Positions 37,008 to 45,758 of a stretch of 62,116 bases of DNA are shown one piece after another (positions within the stretch are counted from its first letter, which is position 1; every line of letters begins with the position of its first letter). Made by a program: the position numbers and the translations under genes. The DNA is from a virus (lineage: Duplodnaviria > Caudoviricetes). The stretch covers positions 1 to 62,116 of IMG/VR virus record IMGVR_UViG_3300035180_002081, one strand, 5' to 3'. Below the pieces are notes generated by a model. The model did not search any database. It had not been told where the DNA came from and worked only from the letters and a program-made list of their open reading frames with translations.

Positions 37008-37614
37008 CCCCTTCCTCGATGCACACGTTGAAGCCGTCGATCAGCGCTGCGGCGATGCGTTTCTGTACGCTCTCTGCGATGCCAGCGAGTCGTCCGGCGG
37101 CTTTGATTCCGTCAACGACTCCAGATTCGTAACCTTCACTTCGCGCCATCGAGACGGCTGCGAAGGCCATGGTGCTCCTTCGCTCGGCCTCGTCGCGCAG
37201 CATCGCCATCGTCTTGCCGTGCTGCCGGCGAACCTCGACGATCACGCCGTCGCCCTTATGGTCGGTCAGCCTGCACTCGATCGTGTTCGGCGCCTTCGCG
37301 CTGTCGAGCATGTGCATGAGCGCGTCCGCCATCTGCGTGACGACCCAGTCGCCGCGGAGCACAACCTCGAAGCCACCGTCCGCCGGACCCATGCGCTCGA
37401 TGAAGAGCGAGCCGTCGCCGTCGAAGCCGCCCGCGACGCGCTGCCGGCGCCACTTGCCGAAGTACTCGCGGGCGAGCGCGTGCCATCGGGCAGACCACGC
37501 CCGCGCCTCGGCGAGAGTACCGCGAAGGGCATCGGCCTCGCACGCGTCGCACCGCCACCCATTGAGCGCAGGCACGTCGTAGCCGCAGCCGCAGTCGGGA
37601 CAGGTCGCGCTCAT
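36994..37614 (-). CDS. Zn-ribbon-containing hypothetical protein
   Basis: CPDCG...CDACE at N-terminus; ATGA coupling. Confidence 0.65.
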   Translation of the reverse strand: MSATCPDCGCGYDVPALNGWRCDACEADALRGTLAEARAWSARWHALAREYFGKWRRQRVAGGFDGDGSLFIERMGPADGGFEVVLRGDWVVTQMADALMHMLDSAKAPNTIECRLTDHKGDGVIVEVRRQHGKTMAMLRDEAERRSTMAFAAVSMARSEGYESGVVDGIKAAGRLAGIAESVQKRIAAALIDGFNVCIEEGGGRG

Positions 37615-38066
37615 TTCGACACCTTCGCCGCTGCGCGTTCGATCCGCTGCGCCCACGCGTCGTGCGCGGCTTGGTCCTGCTTCACGGCGTTCGCCTCGCC
37701 AGCATCGGCCGGCGGCCACGGCTTGCCCTGCGCGCGCTGCGAGTCCTGCAGCGCGCCGGTGAGGTCGTTCCAGTGGCGCGACTCGCAGACCTCGTTGACC
37801 TCGGCCTCGTACAGCGCCAGCGCAGCGCGTTCGACCCGCGCCGCGTGCGCGAGCGTCCCCGCCACGTCGACGGGCGTGCCCTGCACCACAGGGCGCACGG
37901 GGGCGGCGAGCACCAGGTCGGCGAGGGCGCACTTGGTCTCCGACTGCCATCGCGTCGCCTGGCCCCACACGGCGCTCCCACGCTGCGCGGTGGTCACGCC
38001 CGTTCGCGCCTTCCGCGCGCGATCGATCGCCTGCTCGATCTCCTCGGTGACCTCGATCGCCTTCAC
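37611..38066 (-). CDS. Hypothetical protein
   Basis: GTGA coupling. Confidence 0.6.
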   Translation of the reverse strand: MKAIEVTEEIEQAIDRARKARTGVTTAQRGSAVWGQATRWQSETKCALADLVLAAPVRPVVQGTPVDVAGTLAHAARVERAALALYEAEVNEVCESRHWNDLTGALQDSQRAQGKPWPPADAGEANAVKQDQAAHDAWAQRIERAAAKVSK

Positions 38067-38398
38067 TTCGTCCTCCGCCTCTCGGCCTTCACGTTGGCCA
38101 TCGTGACGCTCCCGTCGATGCGCACGCGGACCGTGTAGCCGTCCGCGTCGAGCGAGATCGGCCACGGGATCGGGACGTCCTCCTCGAGCAGCTCGAAGGT
38201 CGCGGCCCACCCGGGCGAGTCGCCGCGGGCGTACGCGAAGACGACGCGCACGCCTCCGCTGGCCTCGTTCCCGACGGTGAACACGAAGTCGTCGCCACGC
38301 GCGCAGTCGTCGAGCGAGTCGCCGCGCATGATCGGGAAGCCGCCCGCGTCCGTCCATGCGACCGTGTCGTCGCTGTGGCCCTCGAAGTAGAGCGTCAC
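38063..38398 (-). CDS. Hypothetical phage protein (F.GHSDD motif)
   Basis: GTGA coupling. Confidence 0.65.
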   Translation of the reverse strand: MTLYFEGHSDDTVAWTDAGGFPIMRGDSLDDCARGDDFVFTVGNEASGGVRVVFAYARGDSPGWAATFELLEEDVPIPWPISLDADGYTVRVRIDGSVTMANVKAERRRTK

Positions 38399-38676
38399 GA
38401 CGCGCTCTCCGCGGCGTCGACGGGGACCCACTCGGTGACCACGACGGCCTTCTCGACGGCGCGCACCTCGGTCACGCGGTACGGCGCGCGGTCCTGGTCG
38501 CCCTCTTCGTGGTGCACCGACACGTTCAGCCGGTAGTGCTTCCCCTCGAACGGGACGACGCGCGTCTCGTGGTGCCCGTGTCTCCACGGCTGCCGATCGG
38601 TCACGATCGCGTCTTCCATCGCCTCGATGAAGGCCTCGGTCTCGTCGGTGTTGGCCTCGAACGTTCTCTTCGCCAT
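38395..38676 (-). CDS. Hypothetical protein
   Basis: GAGGAGG RBS. Confidence 0.7.
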   Translation of the reverse strand: MAKRTFEANTDETEAFIEAMEDAIVTDRQPWRHGHHETRVVPFEGKHYRLNVSVHHEEGDQDRAPYRVTEVRAVEKAVVVTEWVPVDAAESAS

Positions 38677-38695
38677 CGTCGATTCCTCCTCGCGC

Positions 38696-39169
38696 CTACG
38701 CGGCGCGCCGTGCCTTCCGAATCGCCACCATCGCCGCGAGGCAGTCCGGCTGCGCGCCCGTGGGTCGCCCCATGTGCGAGCCGAACTCGGCGCCCGGGTG
38801 CCATGCGCGGTGGTAGCTGCACCAACTAAGACCGCACTCGACGTGCGCCATGTAGTCGTCCGGCGAGCAGCCGATGCGGCGCGCGGCCGCTGCGATAGCC
38901 CCCGGCACGCCGACCACCGCGAGCTTCACGCGCCCCAGGTCCACGCCGTGCCGCGAGCCGCAACGCGTCTTGCGCCCGCTGCGCAGCTCGGTCGCCTTCG
39001 CCACCGCCGAGCGCCCGCAGTCGCACGTGCAGAGCCAGTAGAGCCGCGACTCGCGCCCGGCACCGCGCCGCACGGGGCCGCCCGAGACGACGAGCGAGCC
39101 GAAGCGCTGGCCGATCATGCTGGCCGGCGTCGCGGCGCGCATCCGCTCGTGCACGCGCTTCGGCCACAT
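38696..39169 (-). CDS. HNH/AP2-associated N-terminal domain protein
   Basis: IGQRFGSLVV...WLCTCDCG...LRSG...CG. Confidence 0.7.
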   Translation of the reverse strand: MWPKRVHERMRAATPASMIGQRFGSLVVSGGPVRRGAGRESRLYWLCTCDCGRSAVAKATELRSGRKTRCGSRHGVDLGRVKLAVVGVPGAIAAAARRIGCSPDDYMAHVECGLSWCSYHRAWHPGAEFGSHMGRPTGAQPDCLAAMVAIRKARRAA

Positions 39170-39516
39170 CACACGCCGCCCTTCGCCAGCTCGACGAGCT
39201 TCCGAAGCAGCCGGTCCTCGGCGTCGCTTGCCGCCTCGCACGTCGGGCAGAAGATCGGGATGTTGCCGTGCGCGCAGAACGGCCCGTTCCCATGCGCGTC
39301 GAACGCGATCGTCACGGGCCCCGCGGCCTTGCGCTTCGCCTCCGCCAGCGTGACGAGTGCGAGCAGCGAGTAGGGCGCACCCCACCCGAGCGCCTTCACG
39401 TCGACGAGGGCCGCGGAGAGGAGCCCGTCGGAGACGATCGTCTCCATCGGATTCGAGATGTCGATCCCGCGCGCCATCTCGGCGAGGCGCGGCAGCTTGG
39501 TGGCGAAGTCCTTCAC
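39169..39516 (-). CDS. Hypothetical protein with CxH...CxxC
   Basis: Coupled ORF; CAHG..IFCPTC. Confidence 0.6.
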   Translation of the reverse strand: MKDFATKLPRLAEMARGIDISNPMETIVSDGLLSAALVDVKALGWGAPYSLLALVTLAEAKRKAAGPVTIAFDAHGNGPFCAHGNIPIFCPTCEAASDAEDRLLRKLVELAKGGV

Positions 39517-39731
39517 GCGGCCTCCATGCAGCGCAGCAGGAACCGAAGAGCCTTCACGCTCGCGGGGTCGTCGACGTAGCCCGACTCGCAGGGCTCCGGG
39601 ACGCACATCTGGCAGCCGTCGTTCGCGATCGATTCCATGAGGTTCTCGAGCAGCCTGTCGCCGGTCAGGTGGCGAAGCTTCGGGCGCACGCCGTGAACGC
39701 GCGCGACGATGACGGATTGAAGTGCTCCCAT
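39513..39731 (-). CDS. Hypothetical protein
   Basis: ATG immediately downstream of the tRNA-like element; coupled stop. Confidence 0.45.
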   Translation of the reverse strand: MGALQSVIVARVHGVRPKLRHLTGDRLLENLMESIANDGCQMCVPEPCESGYVDDPASVKALRFLLRCMEAA

Positions 39732-39733
39732 AG

Positions 39734-39805
39734 CGCCCACGCGACGAATCGAACGTCGCCTCCCCACGCCAGCTATCGCGCGGGTCCTCGCCAGAAGTCG
39801 CAGGC
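39734..39805 (-). ncRNA. tRNA-like element with non-canonical anticodon loop
   Basis: GCCTGCG/CGTGGGC acceptor, TTCT-GGCG-AGGA D-arm, CCGCGC/GCGTGG stem with 8-nt loop, CGACG-TTCGATT-CGTCG T-arm; 72 nt. Confidence 0.55.
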
Positions 39806-39860
39806 AGTGCCGGTCTGCCCCCGGCTGTGTCTCACTGACTGGCAGTTACACGCAAGCAGG

Positions 39861-40343
39861 CTAGAAGGGGATCTGATCGTCCTCGTAGCCGCCCGGCATG
39901 TCGTCGCCGAAGTCCATGCCTCCGCCGCCTTGCGGGGCGCTCTGCGGGCGCGCGCCCCCACCGCTCGGCTGCGTGCCGTTCGACGCCGGCCGCTGCTGCC
40001 CCGTCGCAGCCGCGCCGTTCAGGATGACGTTCGTGGCGATGACGTCGGTGCGGTAGTGCTTCTGCCCATCCTTGTCGTAGCTCGACGTCGACAGCCGCCC
40101 CTCGATGAAGACGCGCGACCCCTTCGATAACAGCTTCTGCAACGCCTCGGCGCGCTTCCCGAAGATGACGACGCTGTGCCAGTCGGTGCGCTCCTTGCGC
40201 TCGTTGATGCGCTTGTCGAAGTAGCTCTCCGTCGTCGCGAGGCGGAGTTTCAGCACCGCGGTGTCGGGCCCCTGTCCGAAGCGCAGCTCCGGATCGGCTC
40301 CGAGGTTCCCGAGCAACAGCACACGATTCAGTCCTTCGGCCAT
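39861..40343 (-). CDS. ssb: Single-stranded DNA-binding protein
   Basis: LNRVLLLGNLGADPELR...WHSVV...IEGRL; acidic tail DDQIPF. Confidence 0.97.
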   Translation of the reverse strand: MAEGLNRVLLLGNLGADPELRFGQGPDTAVLKLRLATTESYFDKRINERKERTDWHSVVIFGKRAEALQKLLSKGSRVFIEGRLSTSSYDKDGQKHYRTDVIATNVILNGAAATGQQRPASNGTQPSGGGARPQSAPQGGGGMDFGDDMPGGYEDDQIPF

Positions 40344-40358
40344 CGGTCCTATCTCCTC

Positions 40359-41258
40359 TCAGATCACTACGGCAGCGTTGGCGCGCGCTCGCGCCGCTTT
40401 GGAGCTGGTCTTCTCGACTGCGGGCGCCGCGGCGGCGGCTTCGGCCTTGAGCGCCTCTGCGCGCTCCACGGCACTCGCGCGCCCCGGCATGCACTCGGCG
40501 AGGAAGGCGCACGGTTCGCCCCACGTCGAGCACGCCGTCGGGTTGCGCGGGTAGTCGCCGCGCTCGGTGGCGGCGGCGATGAAGCGCACCGCGGCGCGCG
40601 CGGCATCGGCCTCGGCGGCCAGCTCGTCGGCGTCGAGGATGATGGGCAGGTGCCGCACCTCGCGGCCGCGCGCCTTCGTCTCGCTCATGACGAGCGTGTC
40701 GATGGCCCCCTCGAGCGGGCGGGCCGTCATCGGCTGCCGCACGACGGCGTACATGCCGAGCTGCAGCCGCTCCGCCGGCTCACCCCACGCGCTCCCCGCG
40801 CGCATCTTCGTCTTCGTCTCGCGCACTCCGATGGTCTCGACAAGGTCGATGCGGCCGCGGACGATGACGCCCTCGATGTTCGCCTCGAACGGTTCCTCGA
40901 CGGCGGCCACCGAGAGGAGCGGCACGACGTCGCGCAGGTACGCTTCGCCGATGGCAGCGCCGCGCACCGCGAGCAACGCGCGGTCCTCGTCTTCATCCTT
41001 CGCCCACGCGACCTCCGGCATGATGCCCTCGGCGAACGACGTGGCGACATCTCGGATCTCCTCGCTCGTCGGCAGTGGGAGCCCAGCGAGGATGCGACGG
41101 GGGCCCAACTCGGTGACGGCGTGGCCGACGCGTCCGAGCGCCATGCGGTGCACCATCGGCGTCCTGCGGCGGTCCACGTAGCGGAACGCGGCCTGCTTCG
41201 GGCACGTGAGGTACGCGCGCACCGAGGTGTGCGAGAACTGGAACCCGGAGCCGCTCAC
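40359..41258 (-). CDS. PD-(D/E)XK exonuclease (RecB/Cas4-like)
   Basis: SHTSV..YLTCP, GRIDLV, ETKT, QLGMY, C-terminal C....CAF...C. Confidence 0.88.
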   Translation of the reverse strand: MSGSGFQFSHTSVRAYLTCPKQAAFRYVDRRRTPMVHRMALGRVGHAVTELGPRRILAGLPLPTSEEIRDVATSFAEGIMPEVAWAKDEDEDRALLAVRGAAIGEAYLRDVVPLLSVAAVEEPFEANIEGVIVRGRIDLVETIGVRETKTKMRAGSAWGEPAERLQLGMYAVVRQPMTARPLEGAIDTLVMSETKARGREVRHLPIILDADELAAEADAARAAVRFIAAATERGDYPRNPTACSTWGEPCAFLAECMPGRASAVERAEALKAEAAAAAPAVEKTSSKAARARANAAVVI

Positions 41259-42268
41259 AGCCGAACCTCCGCGTTCGGGTCGGCGACAGCGGGCGGGGAC
41301 GCGAGCGGCGGGATCGGGGTCGGCACCGTGGCGCCGTTCGTCGGCGCGCTGGCGGCGGCCGCACGGGCCTTCGCGGCCTCCACAAGCTCAGACTTGCGCC
41401 GCTTCCACGCCGACTCGAACTTCGCGCACTCGTCCGCGCTCATCTCTTTCCGCGCGCTCACGTACTTCGACCACGTGTCCTCGCAGTCGGCCTTCGACGA
41501 CATCGACGCGGCGAGGTCCATCAGGAACGGCGCGGGAGACACCGGGGCGACTGGCTTTTCCTCGGGCGCGCCGTCCATTAGCCAGGCGCTCAGCGTGTCC
41601 GCGACGTCCTTGCCGGGCTTCGGGATGACGGCGCCTGTGAGCGCCTTGCAGCGCGTCTTCTCGACGACCATCGTGTTGTCGTTCAGCATCGAGGCGAAGA
41701 GCGTGAACTCGTACTCGAGGTCGTCGCGCTGAATCACCTTCATGCCGACCTTGCGGACGACTGTCTTGTTCGTGCGCTCGTCCTTCTCCTGGACGTGCTC
41801 CATCTTCGACCGCATCGTCACGATGACGTGGCACTTCGACCGCGTGATCGCCTCAACGAGCTGGTCCTGCAGCTTGCCCGCCTCGCCCCAGGCCGTGTAG
41901 CTGTTGGCGTTTCGGTCGCGCTTCGTGATCTTGTCCTTCTCATCGAGGACGCCGTCCTTCCCCGCCCATGCGTGCGAGAGCGAGTCGATGATGATGACGT
42001 CGTAGCCCTCTGCCTCGGCCGCGTGGATGGCGTCGACGTATTCCGTCGGGTGGAACGAATCGAGGGCGAGCGTGTCGAAGTTGAACTCGTCGGCGTAGAG
42101 CGAGGCCGACTCGCGCTCCGTGTCGATGACGGCGACGCGGCCGCCGGGCACGAGGAACGAGGCGATCTTCAGCGCCGTGTACGTCTTGCCGCCGCCGGAC
42201 ACGCCGGCCAGCGCGAGGCGCAGCTTCAGTTGGTGTTTCGTCGCCTTCTTGAAAGTCTTCGGGGCCAT
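41255..42268 (-). CDS. AAA_24/Sak4-like ATPase (recombinase)
   Basis: GVSGGGKT, IDTE, IIDSLSHAW, TMRSK, QRDDLEYEF. Confidence 0.9.
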   Translation of the reverse strand: MAPKTFKKATKHQLKLRLALAGVSGGGKTYTALKIASFLVPGGRVAVIDTERESASLYADEFNFDTLALDSFHPTEYVDAIHAAEAEGYDVIIIDSLSHAWAGKDGVLDEKDKITKRDRNANSYTAWGEAGKLQDQLVEAITRSKCHVIVTMRSKMEHVQEKDERTNKTVVRKVGMKVIQRDDLEYEFTLFASMLNDNTMVVEKTRCKALTGAVIPKPGKDVADTLSAWLMDGAPEEKPVAPVSPAPFLMDLAASMSSKADCEDTWSKYVSARKEMSADECAKFESAWKRRKSELVEAAKARAAAASAPTNGATVPTPIPPLASPPAVADPNAEVRL

Positions 42269-42296
42269 GTCGTCCTCCTAAAAGTTGCGGAACACG

Positions 42297-43859
42297 TCAC
42301 TCGGCGGCAGCTGCGTCGTCTTCGACGAACTCGATCGCGGTGATGACGAGCTGGTCGTCGTCCGTGGTCTCGGAGACGAAGAGTTGCCAACCACCCGCGC
42401 CAGCCTCGCGAAGGAACGAGTCCCGACGCTTCGGGGGCAGGTGCTCCAGGTGGTCGATGATCATGAACGGCGTCTTGTTCAGGCGCTTCGCCAACTTGGT
42501 GGAGAAGATCAGCGCCTCGCCGGACGACAGCGAGTCGATCGAGACGCCGTCGAGCCGGATAGTGTCGCCGTCGATCTCGATGCCGTCGATTCCGCCCGAC
42601 TCGGCCAGGAGTGCCTTCGGCGCGTCGTTCGCGAGCGCCTTGACGATGACGTCGTATCGGTCGGCCTCGGCTTGCGCGGTGAACTGCTTCGACGCGGCGG
42701 TGTCGCGCGCCTTGTTGGCGAGGTCGGCGGCACGTGCACGTTCGGCAGCTTCGACGCCAGCGCGAGCGGTCGCGACCTCACGAGCGGCGTCTTCGAGGGC
42801 CGCATCCGACGGGGCGCCAGGGGCCGTGGCGGTCAGCGTCGCCTGCAGTTCGTCGGCTTGCTGGTAGAGCTTCGTCGCTTCCGAGCGGGCGCTCTCGATG
42901 GATCGCAGGGCCTGCTCGGCCGCATACACTCGCCGCTCGTCAGCAGCGAGGCTCTCACGCGCTGCCGCGAGTTTCGCTTCGAGGTCCCTGACGAGCGCCG
43001 TTCGCTCGCCGATGGTCTCACGCGCCACGTCGAGGGCGGCGCTCGCGGCGATCAGCTCATCCTCGGACCGCGCCGCGGCGCGCCCGTCGGTGCGGAGCTG
43101 GGCGATCTTGGCGCGCACCGCGGTGGTGCGGGTCTCGTAGGCGGCCGCAGCAGCGATCGCCGCGCGCACCCCCGAGAGCTTCCGCTCGGCATCGGCCACG
43201 CGGGCCGTCGCGTCGTCGACGCTCGCCGCGTTGGGGTCGACACCCTCGCTCGCCAGGGCCGCCGCGGTCGTCGCGCGCTCGAGGTCGCCCTGCGCAGCCT
43301 TCGCCGTGGCGTTCGCCGGCGCGCGCCGGTCGTACGCGATCTTGTGCAGCTTCTTCAGGACGTCGAGGCCGTGGCCGCTGCAGTCGAAGGCATCGAGGTT
43401 TGGCACCCACTCGCGTAGCCGCTCGAGCGTGACCGTGCAGGGCATCGCCTTCTGCAGAAGCCGCACGCGCTCGGCCGGCTCGGTCGCCGAGATGAAGGCG
43501 ATCACGTCAAAGGCGGCGAGGCCGAGCATCTTGTCGAGCTGCTCCTGCGGCTTCTCGATTCCGCGGGTACCCGGCGGCTTCACCTCGCAACGCGTGACGC
43601 CGTCGCGGGTGACCGTGCGCTTCGCACGCGTCCCGTCGTTGAAGGTCAGGACGGAGACGCCCTTCTCTGAGCCGTTGCGGATGATCTCGGCGCCGAGGCC
43701 CATCTTGCGGAGGCCCGACGAAACGGCGTCGAGGATCGACGTCTTGCCGACGCCGATGTCCCCGCTGAATCGGAGTCCGCCCGGCGGGACGTCAATCGAC
43801 CACTCGGTGATGCCGCGGATGTTTTCGACGGAGATGTGTGAGATGTAACGGATGGCCAT
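42297..43859 (-). CDS. SMC/SbcC-like ABC ATPase
   Basis: ENIRGI, GDIGVGKTSILDA, coiled coil, LSSGE signature, IIDHLEHL. Confidence 0.9.
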   Translation of the reverse strand: MAIRYISHISVENIRGITEWSIDVPPGGLRFSGDIGVGKTSILDAVSSGLRKMGLGAEIIRNGSEKGVSVLTFNDGTRAKRTVTRDGVTRCEVKPPGTRGIEKPQEQLDKMLGLAAFDVIAFISATEPAERVRLLQKAMPCTVTLERLREWVPNLDAFDCSGHGLDVLKKLHKIAYDRRAPANATAKAAQGDLERATTAAALASEGVDPNAASVDDATARVADAERKLSGVRAAIAAAAAYETRTTAVRAKIAQLRTDGRAAARSEDELIAASAALDVARETIGERTALVRDLEAKLAAARESLAADERRVYAAEQALRSIESARSEATKLYQQADELQATLTATAPGAPSDAALEDAAREVATARAGVEAAERARAADLANKARDTAASKQFTAQAEADRYDVIVKALANDAPKALLAESGGIDGIEIDGDTIRLDGVSIDSLSSGEALIFSTKLAKRLNKTPFMIIDHLEHLPPKRRDSFLREAGAGGWQLFVSETTDDDQLVITAIEFVEDDAAAAE

Positions 43860-43871
43860 TGGGTCTCCTGG

Positions 43872-44027
43872 TCAGGCAGCGCGGCGGATGCGCGCGAAAA
43901 GGGTCGAAAAGGCGCGCTCGGGGTCGCGTCCGAGTCCCGACGCGCAGGTGCGAGCCGAGAAGCTCCCGCGCGAAATCTTCCAGACGCCGTTGATTCGAGA
44001 GCCGCACACGAACGTGTCGGCGGTCAC
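43872..44027 (-). CDS. Small hypothetical protein
   Basis: GTGA coupling. Confidence 0.45.
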   Translation of the reverse strand: MTADTFVCGSRINGVWKISRGSFSARTCASGLGRDPERAFSTLFARIRRAA

Positions 44028-44428
44028 GCCGTCACCGCTGCGGCGTCGTGCTCGAGCTTGTCGGCCATACCGAGCGCGGCCTCTCGCCACGGCCCCGCGG
44101 GGTACGTGTCGGCGACGGAGCGGTAGACCTTGGCGGCGCCGAGCAGCTTCGCCTTCGCGGCGCACTTGGGGCAGCGGCCGTCGTCGTCGTAGTCGGCGTT
44201 CAGGACCAGCGCGGAGCACTCGTCGCAGAGCGCGCGGGCTTCGCGGCAGCCGTTGCAGAGCATCCGGCCGCCCATCTCTTCGATGGTGATCAGGACGCGT
44301 AGGCCGGGGTGGTAGCGATCCTGCGCGACCTCCCCGCACTCGTCGCACTCGGGGCCACGCTCGACCTCAGGCTCGCGCTTGCCGTAGCAGGCGTCGCAGT
44401 CCGTCGCGCCGCACATGCAGCGGCTCAT
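44024..44428 (-). CDS. Multi-CxxC zinc-finger protein
   Basis: CMCG..DCDAC, CDEC, CNGC, CDEC, CPKC. Confidence 0.7.
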   Translation of the reverse strand: MSRCMCGATDCDACYGKREPEVERGPECDECGEVAQDRYHPGLRVLITIEEMGGRMLCNGCREARALCDECSALVLNADYDDDGRCPKCAAKAKLLGAAKVYRSVADTYPAGPWREAALGMADKLEHDAAAVTA

Positions 44429-44757
44429 GAGGCCCTCGCGGGGAGCGCGAAGAGGCGCGCGGAGAAGGCCTCGCGCTCGCGGAGCACGGCGAACGCGTGA
44501 CGGATGGCGCGCACCACGTCGGGGCTGCGCGCGGCGCGGACGTTCTTGGCGATCCACTTCAGCTCGTCCCCCATGAACGAGCGATCGCGGCCGTCGGTGG
44601 CGTCGAGGCGGAACAGCTCCGCGGCCTCCTTCGACGCGCCGACGTAGCGGAGGCGGATGCACACGGCGTCGATCGCGCCGGCCACAACGTCGTCGAGCCC
44701 GACGGACAGGTGCGCGGCGTACGCCTCGCGGACGGGCGCCTCGGCGGGGGCGTTCAC
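44425..44757 (-). CDS. Hypothetical protein
   Basis: Coupled at both ends. Confidence 0.55.
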   Translation of the reverse strand: MNAPAEAPVREAYAAHLSVGLDDVVAGAIDAVCIRLRYVGASKEAAELFRLDATDGRDRSFMGDELKWIAKNVRAARSPDVVRAIRHAFAVLREREAFSARLFALPARAS

Positions 44758-44981
44758 GAGAACGGCTCCGCGTGGCAGTCGTCGCAGACGCTGAGCGTGC
44801 CGCCGCAGCCGTCGTCGTGGCCGTGCACGCGCTTGAGGCGGTTGCAGAGGTCGCACGTCGTGGTCGGCGGCTCGCAGTTGTCGCAGCCGTCGTCGCAGTC
44901 ACAGCCGGCGTCCGGCGGCGACATCGCGTCGTAGCGGCGCTGCGCGGCGTTCATTCGGCGCTGGCGGGTTGCGTGGTCCAT
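44754..44981 (-). CDS. Small Cys-rich protein, first gene of the leftward operon
   Basis: GAGGAGG RBS; AQRRYDAMSPP, multiple CxxC. Confidence 0.7.
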   Translation of the reverse strand: MDHATRQRRMNAAQRRYDAMSPPDAGCDCDDGCDNCEPPTTTCDLCNRLKRVHGHDDGCGGTLSVCDDCHAEPFS

Positions 44982-45009
44982 CGGGGTCCTCCTCGCTGCT
45001 GACCAACCA

Positions 45010-45044
45010 AACATACCATCCGATATGCGCATGTCAACTGGTAT
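45010..45044 (-). promoter_or_regulatory. PL-like promoter (TTGACA-16-TATGTT) overlapped by two 14-bp operators
   Basis: ATACCATCCGATAT 45013-45026 and ATGTCAACTGGTAT 45031-45044. Confidence 0.75.
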
Positions 45045-45113
45045 GCGAGAGCCCGGCAAAAGAATGTCCGTCCGGGGGGTGACGGCATCCCAGCTCGGGA
45101 CGAATCTGGAACC

Positions 45114-45758
45114 TTGCCGATCAACCTCGACGACGCCGAAGCCTTCGCGCAGCGAAACCTCCGCATCGCAGCCCTCGACGGGCACGACTCGCCGCCGTGG
45201 CGTACGGGCCTCTCGCGGCTCGGCGTGCGGCTCGCCACCTACGACGCCCGCTCGCCCATCTACGCGCGCTCAGGCGTCGGCACCTTCGGCATCGTGAACG
45301 ACGCGCCGACCGTCTACGTCTTCGATGGGATGTGCGACCAGGACATGGCTCTCACCGCCTGGCACGAGCACAGCCACCACATGATTCGCAGCGAGGGGCT
45401 CGTGCTCGCGTGCCACGCCGAGGCCTTCTGCACGCGCTACGCGGCGGCGATGCTCGCGCCGGCCGACTCGGTGCGCCGCGCATGGAAGCAGACGCGCGAC
45501 CTCGTCGAGCTGCACGCGCTCCGTCCAGCGACGTCGGCGAGCGTGATCCTGCTCCGCATCGGGGATCTCGAGCTGGCGCCTGTCGCGCTGTACGACCGCA
45601 AGGGCCCGCGGCGCGCGATGCCCGATCGGCCCATGCCGCGCGGCATCGGGAAGCTCGTCGACCTCGCGCGGCGGGAAGGCTTCGCGCAGAACGAGAACGG
45701 CCGCGCGTGGCGCCTCCCCGACAACACGTCGCGCGTCGGCGTTGTGCTCGCGGCGTAG
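45114..45758 (+). CDS. ImmA/IrrE family metallopeptidase (antirepressor)
   Basis: T.WHEHSH, E.FC..YAAAMLAP; near CI. Confidence 0.85.
   Translation: MPINLDDAEAFAQRNLRIAALDGHDSPPWRTGLSRLGVRLATYDARSPIYARSGVGTFGIVNDAPTVYVFDGMCDQDMALTAWHEHSHHMIRSEGLVLACHAEAFCTRYAAAMLAPADSVRRAWKQTRDLVELHALRPATSASVILLRIGDLELAPVALYDRKGPRRAMPDRPMPRGIGKLVDLARREGFAQNENGRAWRLPDNTSRVGVVLAA

Noticed and set aside
40359-41258. Cas4 of a CRISPR system
   Set aside because: It sits in the SSB/Sak4 recombination module, with no array or other cas genes.
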